Positions 7,222-14,033 of a DNA stretch of 37,575 nt are shown one piece after another. This stretch comes from Patescibacteria group bacterium. Lineage in GTDB: Bacteria > Patescibacteriota > Minisyncoccia > Phycocordibacterales > JBBUEZ01. Position numbers and translations under genes: made by a program. The notes beneath the pieces are model-generated. The model searched no databases, was not told the origin of the DNA, and saw nothing but the letters and a program-made list of their open reading frames with translations. The stretch lies in assembly GCA_038056715.1 (NCBI GenBank), contig JBBUEZ010000004.1, positions 1-37,575 of the forward strand. The letters run 5' to 3'. Within the stretch, counting starts at the first letter, position 1. The number at the start of each line of letters is the position of its first letter.

Positions 7222-7541
7222 GCGAATCTTTTTGAAGACGCTGGAGAAATGGGAGAGAGAACGCGCGAACGCGGAATTTTTCCTATTGCCAGATTATTAT
7301 CATCCACAATCACTTTCCCCTCAACGATCAAACAGTCACAGTGAAGTTCTATCGCGTCTTTTGCCATTTTTTTAGCCACAGCAAACGTTTTCCCAAAGGT
7401 TGCAACTCCCGGCAAACTTGACACTTTGACAAGATACGCCCTATCCTTTGTGTCATACCAAATAGTGGTTTTATAAGAACCTTTTTTGTGGAAACGAGAA
7501 TATTTTTTTTCTGTTGTTTTTTCATGTCGCAATCGTATCAA
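7218..7541 (-). CDS. hicB: HicB-family antitoxin (start uncertain)
   Basis: It has the HicB-like core YKTTIWYDTKDRAYLVKVSSLPGVATFGKTF..AKDAIELH. The only in-frame starts are TTG (7541 or 7532). The stop overlaps the hicA ATG (ATGA). Confidence 0.65.
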   Translation of the reverse strand: MIRLRHEKTTEKKYSRFHKKGSYKTTIWYDTKDRAYLVKVSSLPGVATFGKTFAVAKKMAKDAIELHCDCLIVEGKVIVDDNNLAIGKIPRSRVLSPISPASSKRFA

Positions 7542-7603
7542 GATAAAACCACGCGCGCAACGCCGTTTTGATACATGAAATCCCTTGTGCAAAACACGGC
7601 ACA

Positions 7604-7621
7604 CGCTACGGGGTGAAATAG
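7604..7621 (+). repeat. Reiterated cca 3' end, copy C (truncated, RYGVK*)
   Basis: It lies within a 23-mer, ACGCTACGGGGTGAAATAGAAAA (7602-7624), that is identical to 8988-9010. Confidence 0.75.
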
Positions 7622-7625
7622 AAAA

Positions 7626-7643
7626 GGGGCACATATGTGCCCC
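7626..7643 (-). terminator. Intrinsic terminator of the 121-aa gene
   Basis: The perfect hairpin GGGGCACATATGTGCCCC is followed on the minus strand by TTTTCTATTTC. Confidence 0.6.
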
Positions 7644-7650
7644 CTCATTC

Positions 7651-8016
7651 CTAAAAAAACGTGATGAACAACTCAAATTTCTCGAATGGCTCTGCGAGCA
7701 GTACAGTTACTCTGTCACACCCGTGGTGGTCATAGAATACTATCTTCTCGTCACCGATTATCGTGCTTATAACATTCCCTTCTGAAACTTCTGAAAACAA
7801 AGTCAGCTCCGGATACTTATACACGGCACACAAAAAGTATGCATGTAGCCCAAAACCAGGATGGCCACATGTCGGATCAGAGCCATTAGACCGAATCTGG
7901 GCTTCTATTAGACGCCCATTATTATGTAGGGTGATGACTTCTTTCTCATTTTTTCTCACCCCTAACATTTCGGAGAACTCTTTTATGCCCACACACCTAC
8001 TATTTAAGCGTCGCAT
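7651..8016 (-). CDS. Hypothetical protein (121 aa), no family recognised
   Basis: AAGGAGGA lies 5 nt upstream of the ATG, and the gene has its own terminator. Confidence 0.6.
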   Translation of the reverse strand: MRRLNSRCVGIKEFSEMLGVRKNEKEVITLHNNGRLIEAQIRSNGSDPTCGHPGFGLHAYFLCAVYKYPELTLFSEVSEGNVISTIIGDEKIVFYDHHGCDRVTVLLAEPFEKFELFITFF

Positions 8017-8168
8017 CGTAATCCTCCTTCTTTAGGAACATACTAATTTATATTTTACACACAAGGAGAATTTTTGTCATTTTTGTCGTCATAATACATA
8101 AAACATTGACATTTTCTATTGAAATATAATATACTCGTGTTGTCGCTTTTTTAGACATCTTTTGAGAA

Positions 8169-8927
8169 ATGGGAGAAACTAAACATTTATCTTTGCTTAC
8201 TGATCTCGGACTTTCGACAAACTCGGCGGAAATATACCTTGCGTCGCTTTCGCTTGGACCATCATCCATCCTTTTTTTAGCGCGCGAAACCGGCATAAAA
8301 CGCACTACCATTTATTCAATCGTGGATGATCTTATACGAAAAGGGCTAATGCGGATTGAGGTGAGAGGATTTAAGAAATTTTTTGCTGCTGAAAACCCAG
8401 AAAGGCTCGAGCATATGCTTGAGCTGCGGCAAAAACAAATTGGGAAATTCTTGCCCGAACTTCAGGCCCTTTATAATCTCAAAAAGGGTGAGAGTATCAT
8501 TAAATATTACGACGGTCCGGAAGCAGTAAAATCAGTATACGAGGAGATTCTCCGAGAGATACAGCCGCACGAAGAATATTTGAGTGTCGGGAACCCGACA
8601 CAGTGGTTTCCCTTGGACGCAAGATATCTTGAGAATTTTATGGAGCGAAGAGCTGAGTTGTCTCGCGGGCTTAATTTTACTATTCGCTTGTTGCTAAAAG
8701 AATCAGAAAAGGCGTTTGATCTAAAAAAATATGAGAAGAATTACAATGAGAAGATAAAGATATTGCCTAAGGATGTGTCGTTTTCAAGCAATCTTATCAT
8801 CTTGCAACGCAAAATTGTCATCCACCAGCTCACTGCGCCGATCAAGGCAATTGTGGTTGAAAATGAAAGCACCGCTCAATTGCAGCGAGAGTTATTCAAT
8901 ATTATTTGGAGATCCATTGGCGAATAG
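8169..8927 (+). CDS. TrmB-like winged-helix transcriptional regulator
   Basis: The N-terminal HTH is LGLSTNSAEIYLASLSLGPSSILFLARETGIKRTTIYSIVDDLIRKGL, followed by the extended C-terminal domain typical of TrmB. An upstream TTGACA is followed by an A/T-rich TATAAT-like stretch. Confidence 0.75.
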   Translation: MGETKHLSLLTDLGLSTNSAEIYLASLSLGPSSILFLARETGIKRTTIYSIVDDLIRKGLMRIEVRGFKKFFAAENPERLEHMLELRQKQIGKFLPELQALYNLKKGESIIKYYDGPEAVKSVYEEILREIQPHEEYLSVGNPTQWFPLDARYLENFMERRAELSRGLNFTIRLLLKESEKAFDLKKYEKNYNEKIKILPKDVSFSSNLIILQRKIVIHQLTAPIKAIVVENESTAQLQRELFNIIWRSIGE

Positions 8928-8952
8928 TGCCACGGGATCAAAAATAAGTTTG

Positions 8953-9007
8953 GCAGAAAGAGGAAAAAGAATTGGCAGAGATTAGAGAACGCTACGGGGT
9001 GAAATAG
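8953..9007 (+). repeat. Reiterated cca 3' end, copy D (encodes QKEEKELAEIRERYGVK*)
   Basis: In-frame translation parallels the cca C-terminus KKEQEEKKELEEIRKRYGVK*. Confidence 0.8.
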
Positions 9008-9414
9008 AAAAACCGGCGCGCTTTTGGCGACACCGGTTCGTTGTTGGCTGGAAGTACCCGAGGAACGCGCAATGGCTCCTCCGCGTCTCGTTGCACCCGA
9101 AACCGTGAGTGAAACATCTAGCGGGACGCGCCCGCGCTTTCGCTCCGCGGCAGATGGCTTTGCCACCATGCCGACTCCGCTCGTCATCACTCATTCTCCC
9201 ACAACCCATTGCGTAAGAATAAGCGAGAAAGCGGTGCCGCTACTTTGCGAATCGGGGTTTTACCCTCTCCCGCGCTTAATGGCGCGCATACTGATTGCAA
9301 TGAGGGATCGTCAGTCCTTAGTCGCCTCTTGCGAGACGAATACGAGCGTTCGCTCGGCATGACTAGGCGCCGTTTGGCGCCTGCGCTCACTGCAAATTCT
9401 TAAACTCAAAACTA
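9004..9414 (-). ncRNA. Candidate structured non-coding RNA of about 400 nt, class unknown
   Basis: It has its own promoter (9421-9448) and a terminator hairpin at 9011-9038 followed by a U-run. There are many hairpins. The GCAA tetraloop and the G-U pairs exist only in the minus-strand reading. No convincing ORF or RBS is present. Confidence 0.45.
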
Positions 9415-9420
9415 TTTTCA

Positions 9421-9448
9421 ATGATACACTAAACGCCATTCCTGTCAA
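9421..9448 (-). promoter_or_regulatory. Sigma-70-like promoter (TTGACA, 16 nt, TATCAT)
   Basis: Read on the minus strand. It drives transcription into the GC-rich 9004-9414 segment. Confidence 0.55.
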
Positions 9449-9456
9449 GACAACTA

Positions 9457-9484
9457 TTGACAAATGCGTATATGTGTGTATGCT
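9457..9484 (+). promoter_or_regulatory. Sigma-70-like promoter (TTGACA, 16 nt, TATGCT)
   Basis: It is divergent from the previous promoter and lies upstream of the 9548 CDS. Confidence 0.5.
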
Positions 9485-9547
9485 TTAAAACGATATAGGC
9501 TCTTTCATTTCAACTTCAACAAAACCCCGCAAGGGGAGGAGGCAGAC

Positions 9548-10159
9548 ATGACGATGGACATTTCAGGTTTCCGCGCGCCGCATTTGGGCAAGCGCGTGGT
9601 CCCAGAGTATCTACGCCGTGAGGCGCCGGCGAAGAAGGCGTCGGCACCCGCGCCAAAAGTGATGTCCACGGAGGAGCGGGTTGTCCACTTCTTCCGCTGG
9701 GCGAGGAACGGGGCGACCTCTCAGCAGTTGGAGGGTCTCGCCCGCGACCTCGGCATCACCGAAAACATGGAAGTGAGGCGGACGCTCCGCAGGATGCAGC
9801 CGCTCACGACCGGCCAGAAGGTTGGTCGATTCTTCGCCCTCGCCTCCGAGGATGACGCGAAAGCGGTGGACTTGCTCCACCAGGCGAAGCGAGATGAGAT
9901 TCTTCACATCCGCATCGTCCGCGATAAGATTGCGGACGTGGAGGAACGCAGCCTTCGTCCGAAGAAGTACGGGTTGCGGGAAGCGATCCTCGCGGCGGGG
10001 AAGTTCATCCCGCCGACCGAAGTCGCCGTGAAGAAAGAGGATCGCCCGACCAATGTCGGGAATCCTCGCGGGAAGGGTCCGGGCGGCTCAAAGCCGGGGC
10101 AATCATCCAATCCGGAGACCGCCGCAAAGCGCGCAAGGAAGGCCGCCCAGCGGAAGTAA
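9548..10159 (+). CDS. Hypothetical protein with a Lys/Arg/Gly-rich tail
   Basis: GGAGGAGG lies 6 nt before the ATG at 9548. The annotated ORF start (9464) lies inside the promoter. The gene is GC-rich compared with its neighbours. Confidence 0.6.
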   Translation: MTMDISGFRAPHLGKRVVPEYLRREAPAKKASAPAPKVMSTEERVVHFFRWARNGATSQQLEGLARDLGITENMEVRRTLRRMQPLTTGQKVGRFFALASEDDAKAVDLLHQAKRDEILHIRIVRDKIADVEERSLRPKKYGLREAILAAGKFIPPTEVAVKKEDRPTNVGNPRGKGPGGSKPGQSSNPETAAKRARKAAQRK

Positions 10160-10182
10160 GGTTTTTCGTCCGTTTTTTTCAA

Positions 10183-10215
10183 GGGGCGCTCCAGCGCTCC
10201 TTTTTCTTTTGTTTT
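10183..10215 (+). terminator. Rho-independent terminator
   Basis: The hairpin GGGGCGC-tcca-GCGCTCC is followed by TTTTTCTTTTGTTTTC. Confidence 0.7.
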
Positions 10216-10226
10216 CTTTCGCACTC

Positions 10227-10260
10227 TCTATTCTCTAATTCGCACGAATTAGAGAATAGA
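10227..10260. repeat. 16-nt inverted repeat (TCTATTCTCTAATTCG / CGAATTAGAGAATAGA)
   Basis: Read directly from the sequence; the arms are separated by 2 nt. Confidence 0.8.
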
Positions 10261-10372
10261 ATCAAGATAAAAACTATCCGCTATTGGCTAACGACTAATT
10301 TAATCGGGCAGTGGTCCGAATGAGTATATTCTCACCCGCTCCTCGCTCGCCGGAATAAAAAACAAACGCATA

Positions 10373-10801
10373 TCAAAACGTGCCTCGATTAGAAACCCAT
10401 ACCCACAAAGAGCCGAGTATTATCGCAAAAATAAAGAGGGCGAGCATCATATATGCGGAGTTATCTTTTTTTGTCCTTTCAGGAAAATTATCAGAAACAG
10501 TCTTCGCGCTTAACACATATCCGATAAAAATAATGACGAGTGCGTACCCAACCACGATTTGAAAATCATTGGTATATGAAAGCGAGGAGTGGAAAAAAGC
10601 ATAAATAAAAGCATAAAACAACGATAGGAACGCGCCGGGGAAAAAACCGAGCAACATAAGCGCGGTCCCGACAAAGAGCGTGTTGGGTCTTGCCAATTCC
10701 TTGCCGTTTGAAACTTTTATTTTTTTCTGCAATATAATATAAATCCCGGCCAATATGAGTATGGGCAGAAGTCCGAATCCGGATTGAAAATAAAAATTCA
10801 T
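10373..10801 (-). CDS. Multi-pass membrane protein, unknown function
   Basis: It has four or five hydrophobic segments. The start is set at MNFYFQ (10801) to avoid overlapping xth. Confidence 0.6.
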   Translation of the reverse strand: MNFYFQSGFGLLPILILAGIYIILQKKIKVSNGKELARPNTLFVGTALMLLGFFPGAFLSLFYAFIYAFFHSSLSYTNDFQIVVGYALVIIFIGYVLSAKTVSDNFPERTKKDNSAYMMLALFIFAIILGSLWVWVSNRGTF

Positions 10802-10827
10802 GATAAAACTCGCGTATGACAGTAATC

Positions 10828-11688
10828 TTACCACGTCTCCAATTCCATCACAATCGGACAATGGTCCGAGCCGTACACGTCGGAGAGGATTTTGGTTCCA
10901 CGCACTTTTGGCAGAAGATTCTGCGACACGAAAAAATAATCTATGCGCCAGCCGACGTTGCGGTGGCGAGCACGCGTTTTCATATCCCAGTAGGTGTAGG
11001 CATCCTTTTTGTTCGGATTGAAATGCCGAAATACATCTGTGTAGCCGTGGTAGACGACCTCATCAATCCATGCGCGTTCTTCGGGAAGAAAGCCTGTGCT
11101 CTCTTCATTCTCTTTCGGTCGCGCGAGGTCAACGCTCTCGTGCGCGGTGTTGATGTCACCGCAGAATATGATACTTTTTTGCCTTGCCCGACCATCTTTA
11201 GATGGTTTAGGGTTGCGAAGCAGTTCTATATGTTCTAAAAACGCATCATAAAAATCCCGTTTATATTTAAGCCGCGCGGGTCCGCCGCCGCCGTTTGGAA
11301 AGTAGACGTTTAACAACACGAAGTCGTCATAGTGCGCGGCGAGCAGACGTCCTTCCGTATCAAACTTTTTCACATCCCCTAAATCACCGGCAAAGCCGGT
11401 GATCGGGCGAGCGCTTTTTTGAAGCGCTTTAGCCATACCATATTCCACCTTTTTGGGTTTCTCTTTCGTGTAAATCGCAACGCCCGAGTATCCTTTTTTC
11501 TCGTGTGGAGAATTGAAATACGCGTGATAGCCGGAAATATTTTTTATTTCCTCCGGCAATTGCTCCTCGCGCGCTTTCACTTCCTGCAAACACAAAATAT
11601 CCGGCTTTTCTTTTTTGATGAACTCCAAAAACTGTCCGCGTTTGTGCACTGCGCGGAGACCGTTCACGTTCCATGAGATGAGTTTCAT
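10828..11688 (-). CDS. xth: Exodeoxyribonuclease III (AP endonuclease, EEP fold)
   Basis: Motifs are MKLISWNVNGLRA, CLQE, GDxN.A, DxxR and a C-terminal SDHCP. The start is at 11688, with TATAAT 9 nt upstream. Confidence 0.88.
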   Translation of the reverse strand: MKLISWNVNGLRAVHKRGQFLEFIKKEKPDILCLQEVKAREEQLPEEIKNISGYHAYFNSPHEKKGYSGVAIYTKEKPKKVEYGMAKALQKSARPITGFAGDLGDVKKFDTEGRLLAAHYDDFVLLNVYFPNGGGGPARLKYKRDFYDAFLEHIELLRNPKPSKDGRARQKSIIFCGDINTAHESVDLARPKENEESTGFLPEERAWIDEVVYHGYTDVFRHFNPNKKDAYTYWDMKTRARHRNVGWRIDYFFVSQNLLPKVRGTKILSDVYGSDHCPIVMELETW

Positions 11689-11714
11689 ACCGGATTGATT
11701 ATACCATCCGTAGA

Positions 11715-11758
11715 CCCCCCCACGTATACGGTACCATGGTACCGTATACGTGGGGGGG
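11715..11758. repeat. Perfect 44-bp palindrome capped by C7/G7 runs
   Basis: CCCCCCCACGTATACGGTACCAT|ATGGTACCGTATACGTGGGGGGG was verified base by base. Confidence 0.9.
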
Positions 11759-11759
11759 G

Positions 11760-11793
11760 GTAACGCCCCTCCGCGACTGCGGAGGGGCGTTAC
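11760..11793. repeat. Perfect 15-bp-stem hairpin
   Basis: GTAACGCCCCTCCGC-gact-GCGGAGGGGCGTTAC has a T-run only on the plus-strand side. Confidence 0.85.
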
Positions 11794-11797
11794 ATTT

Positions 11798-12088
11798 TTA
11801 TTTTGTTTGGATTCTTTTTTTGATAAGTTCATACACCACTGACCGATGTTCAATCAAAACCACGATGACCATGCTGTTACCAATACGAAAAACAACCCGA
11901 TAATCTCCGACGCGTAGAACGCGGTGCGATTTAAAAGAATAGCGGAGCGGCTTTCCAAAAATTTCCGGATGCGTTCTCAACTTATGATCAATGGCGTGTA
12001 GAATCTTCTCTCTCCACACGCGAGAAATCTTCGGAACGTCACTCTGTAGTACCGCCTCATGAAAGACTATTTCGTAAACTCCTTCCAT
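11798..12088 (-). CDS. RelE/ParE-family type II toxin
   Basis: The core is GDYRVVFRI..VIVVLIEHRSVVY. It overlaps the upstream antitoxin gene by 22 nt. Confidence 0.8.
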   Translation of the reverse strand: MEGVYEIVFHEAVLQSDVPKISRVWREKILHAIDHKLRTHPEIFGKPLRYSFKSHRVLRVGDYRVVFRIGNSMVIVVLIEHRSVVYELIKKRIQTK

Positions 12089-12300
12089 GCTTGCTTATAG
12101 GGAATATATTTCGCCCCTTTTACGTCGCGCTTCGCCGCAATCTCGGTCAACGCACGGTCTTCTTCAAGTTCAAACGCGAATTGGAGCATTTCTGCCGCTT
12201 TTGTGGCCTCGGGGACACGATCCCGTCTGGCAAGAAACTTTAGCCCTTTTTCAAGGTCTGACGAAAGCGTTATATTGATTCTTTTCTTGATTGTGGACAT
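12067..12300 (-). CDS. Ribbon-helix-helix (CopG/RelB-like) antitoxin
   Basis: The N-terminal KKRINITLSSDLEKGLKFLA is typical of an RHH beta-strand plus helix. Confidence 0.72.
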   Translation of the reverse strand: MSTIKKRINITLSSDLEKGLKFLARRDRVPEATKAAEMLQFAFELEEDRALTEIAAKRDVKGAKYIPYKQAWKEFTK

Positions 12301-12307
12301 GTTGTTA

Positions 12308-12326
12308 GTGTATCAAAAGTGTATCA
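12308..12326. promoter_or_regulatory. Direct repeat GTGTATCA x2, 11 bp apart (possible antitoxin operator)
   Basis: The copies are at 12308-12315 and 12319-12326, immediately upstream of the RHH gene start. Confidence 0.3.
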
Positions 12327-12436
12327 CCGCGGTCAAGACGCCCGAAGTGAGTTGCAATTATATCACGCGGGAAGTAATGTATTTACAGAAGTGCAGTCGG
12401 GAAATCACAATCGCCGCTTCGCGGCAGGAGGATATC

Positions 12437-12613
12437 GTGGGTCAAATGGACACAAAAATGTATGAACGGGTCCTTGCGCGTAAGGCGTCGCAAGGAGGCA
12501 TCCCGCTGGAAAAACTTGAGGATGATGTCCGCACCGGACTTTTGGCGCAGTGGATTTTTCCGCCACCGCACTATGACGCGGAAAAAAATCTGGCGCGCAT
12601 GGCGCCGGACTAA
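12437..12613 (+). CDS. Small hypothetical protein (58 aa)
   Basis: AGGAGG lies 5 nt before the GTG at 12437. A clean terminator follows. Confidence 0.4.
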   Translation: MGQMDTKMYERVLARKASQGGIPLEKLEDDVRTGLLAQWIFPPPHYDAEKNLARMAPD

Positions 12614-12639
12614 ATCGTCCTCTCTGTTTGTTTTCTCTG

Positions 12640-12666
12640 GCGCCGCTCCCGCGGCGCTTTTTTCTT
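12640..12666 (+). terminator. Rho-independent terminator
   Basis: The hairpin GCGCCGC-tccc-GCGGCGC is followed by TTTTTTCTTT. Confidence 0.7.
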
Positions 12667-12717
12667 TGTCTTCCGGGTGATACATTTTGTAACGGCCGTT
12701 ACTACATGTGTCAGAGA

Positions 12718-13632
12718 TTATTTTCGGCGTTTGCCATGAAACGCTTTGTGCACTTCTTTCAATTCTTTGTCAGTCACGTGCGTATAAATCTGCGTCGTCT
12801 GGATACTGGAGTGTCCCAAAAGCATTTGCACCGCGCGGAGGTCGGCGCCATTGCCCAAAAGGTCGGTCGCGAATGTGTGACGCAAAACGTGCGGGGTTAC
12901 TTTTTTTGAGATACCAGCTTTAATTGCGTAGTGTTTCACAATCCTCTCCACGGAGCGCGGAGTGAGCCGCGAAGATTTAGAATTTGAGATTTTAGATTTG
13001 AGATTTGAGATATGTACAAACATCGCCTCGTCCATATCTGTGCGTTTCGCGAGGTAAACGCGGAGCGCCGCTTGCGCCTCCGATGAAACAAATACGACGC
13101 GCACTTTCTCGCGTTTCCCGCGCACCGAAAACTCTCCGCGCGCAAAATCAAGATCGCGGTCCAAGGAACAGAGTTCGGACACGCGAAGTCCGGTGGAAAA
13201 AAGAAGTTCCATCATGGCGCGGTCGCGCAGAGATTTCACGTCGGCGCCATCGGGGGCACGAAGAAGTCGCGCGAGGTCGTCGGGAGAAATGAGGTCCAGT
13301 TCGCGCTCGCCGACCGAGGCCAGTTCTATCCGCTCCGGCGGAAGGGAAGGAACGCCGCGCTTGGCGAGATATTTCAAAAACATCCGGAGCGCTATCAAAT
13401 AATAGTTTTGTGTTCGTTTTTTCAGCGTCCCTTCATCGCGAGCGGGGGAGCGGTTTAATTTGAGACGAAACTCGCGCACGGCGTCGTCGGTAATATCGGA
13501 CGCTTTTTTGATTCCCGCCATGTCAATAAAACGGTTCATGTAGCGACCGTAGTTTTCCACCGTTTTTAAACTGCGTCCTTTCTCAATTTCCAGATATTCC
13601 AAAAATTGGCGTTGGAGAGAGTGGATGTCCAT
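12718..13632 (-). CDS. Tyrosine site-specific recombinase, XerC/XerD-like
   Basis: It has an N-terminal SAM-like domain (LEYLEIEKGRSLKTVENY). The C-terminal catalytic motifs are HVLRHTFAT and LLGHSSIQTTQIYTHV. Confidence 0.88.
   Translation of the reverse strand: MDIHSLQRQFLEYLEIEKGRSLKTVENYGRYMNRFIDMAGIKKASDITDDAVREFRLKLNRSPARDEGTLKKRTQNYYLIALRMFLKYLAKRGVPSLPPERIELASVGERELDLISPDDLARLLRAPDGADVKSLRDRAMMELLFSTGLRVSELCSLDRDLDFARGEFSVRGKREKVRVVFVSSEAQAALRVYLAKRTDMDEAMFVHISNLKSKISNSKSSRLTPRSVERIVKHYAIKAGISKKVTPHVLRHTFATDLLGNGADLRAVQMLLGHSSIQTTQIYTHVTDKELKEVHKAFHGKRRK
12973..13014. repeat. Six imperfect tandem heptamers (AGATTTG type) inside the recombinase CDS
   Basis: AGATTTA GAATTTG AGATTTT AGATTTG AGATTTG AGATATG encodes the low-complexity ISNLKSKISNSKSS insert. 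Confidence 0.8.
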
Positions 13633-13637
13633 GAGAA

Positions 13638-13702
13638 ATAACTGAGAACGGAGAACCTATAACAAAGAACCGGACTCCTGTTTTCGTTCTTAGTTCTCAG
13701 TT
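13638..13702. repeat. Long imperfect inverted repeat built from GAGAAC/GTTCTC units
   Basis: ATAACTGAGAACGGAGAAC pairs with GTTCTTAGTTCTCAGTTAT at 17 of 19 positions. It lies just upstream of the recombinase start. Confidence 0.75.
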
Positions 13703-13775
13703 ATCGGTTCTTGGTTAATTATTTTGCGACATTGGTATTGTAGCACGTTGGGGAAGGGGATATACTTACACCAAC

Positions 13776-13949
13776 ATGGAAAATCAAGAAAAGAATAATG
13801 TCTACCCAATAACGCCGGGGATAGAGGCGAAGGAATTGCCGGTTGATGAGATTATTATTACCGAAGGGGGAGCGAAAGACGGAAAAACGACTACTACAGA
13901 CCCGAAAACTGGGGAAACGAAGGTGGTTTTTCACAAAAAAACGGCTTAA
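13776..13949 (+). CDS. Possible small protein (57 aa; below the ORF-track cutoff)
   Basis: Hand translation gives MENQEKNNVYPITPGIEAKELPVDEIIITEGG... TATACT lies 9 nt upstream of the ATG. Confidence 0.3.
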   Translation: MENQEKNNVYPITPGIEAKELPVDEIIITEGGAKDGKTTTTDPKTGETKVVFHKKTA

Positions 13950-14033
13950 ATTCTGCGTTTGTTCCGCACAGTTCCGCGTCGGTTCTGCATAGGAAAGTTG
14001 CGTTTTTAAGGCTTTTGTGCTACTCTTTCGCCT

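Noticed and set aside
7542-7676. The long N-terminal extension of the HicB ORF (MSCSSRFF...).
   Set aside because: Its Cys/Arg/Ser-rich sequence has no homology to HicB. It also runs across the cca-end repeat copy C and the terminator hairpin of the upstream gene.
9024-9403. Overlapping ORFs of 64-112 aa on both strands of the GC-rich segment.
   Set aside because: None has an RBS or leaderless promoter context, and the translations are Arg/Pro/Ser-rich. Strand-specific G-U pairing and a promoter/terminator pair fit an RNA better. A small protein cannot be fully excluded.
9004-9414. Calling the candidate RNA RNase P RNA, tmRNA or SRP RNA.
   Set aside because: I searched by eye for GGAAAGUCC plus ACAGAA..GGCUUA (the P4 pair), a 3' tRNA-like T-arm/acceptor with a matching GGGG 5' end, and the GGAA/AGCA domain IV motif. 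Only loose resemblances appeared (GGGUAAAACCCC, GGGUGCAACGAGA), and in the wrong order. The class is left open.
5794-12703. The shared 15-mer GTAACGGCCGTTACT (5794-5808 and 12689-12703) as att sites bounding an element next to the recombinase gene.
   Set aside because: By my rough estimate, about one 15-mer match is expected by chance in a window of this size when both strands are considered. The recombinase gene would also lie outside the bounded interval. More likely these are two similar hairpins.
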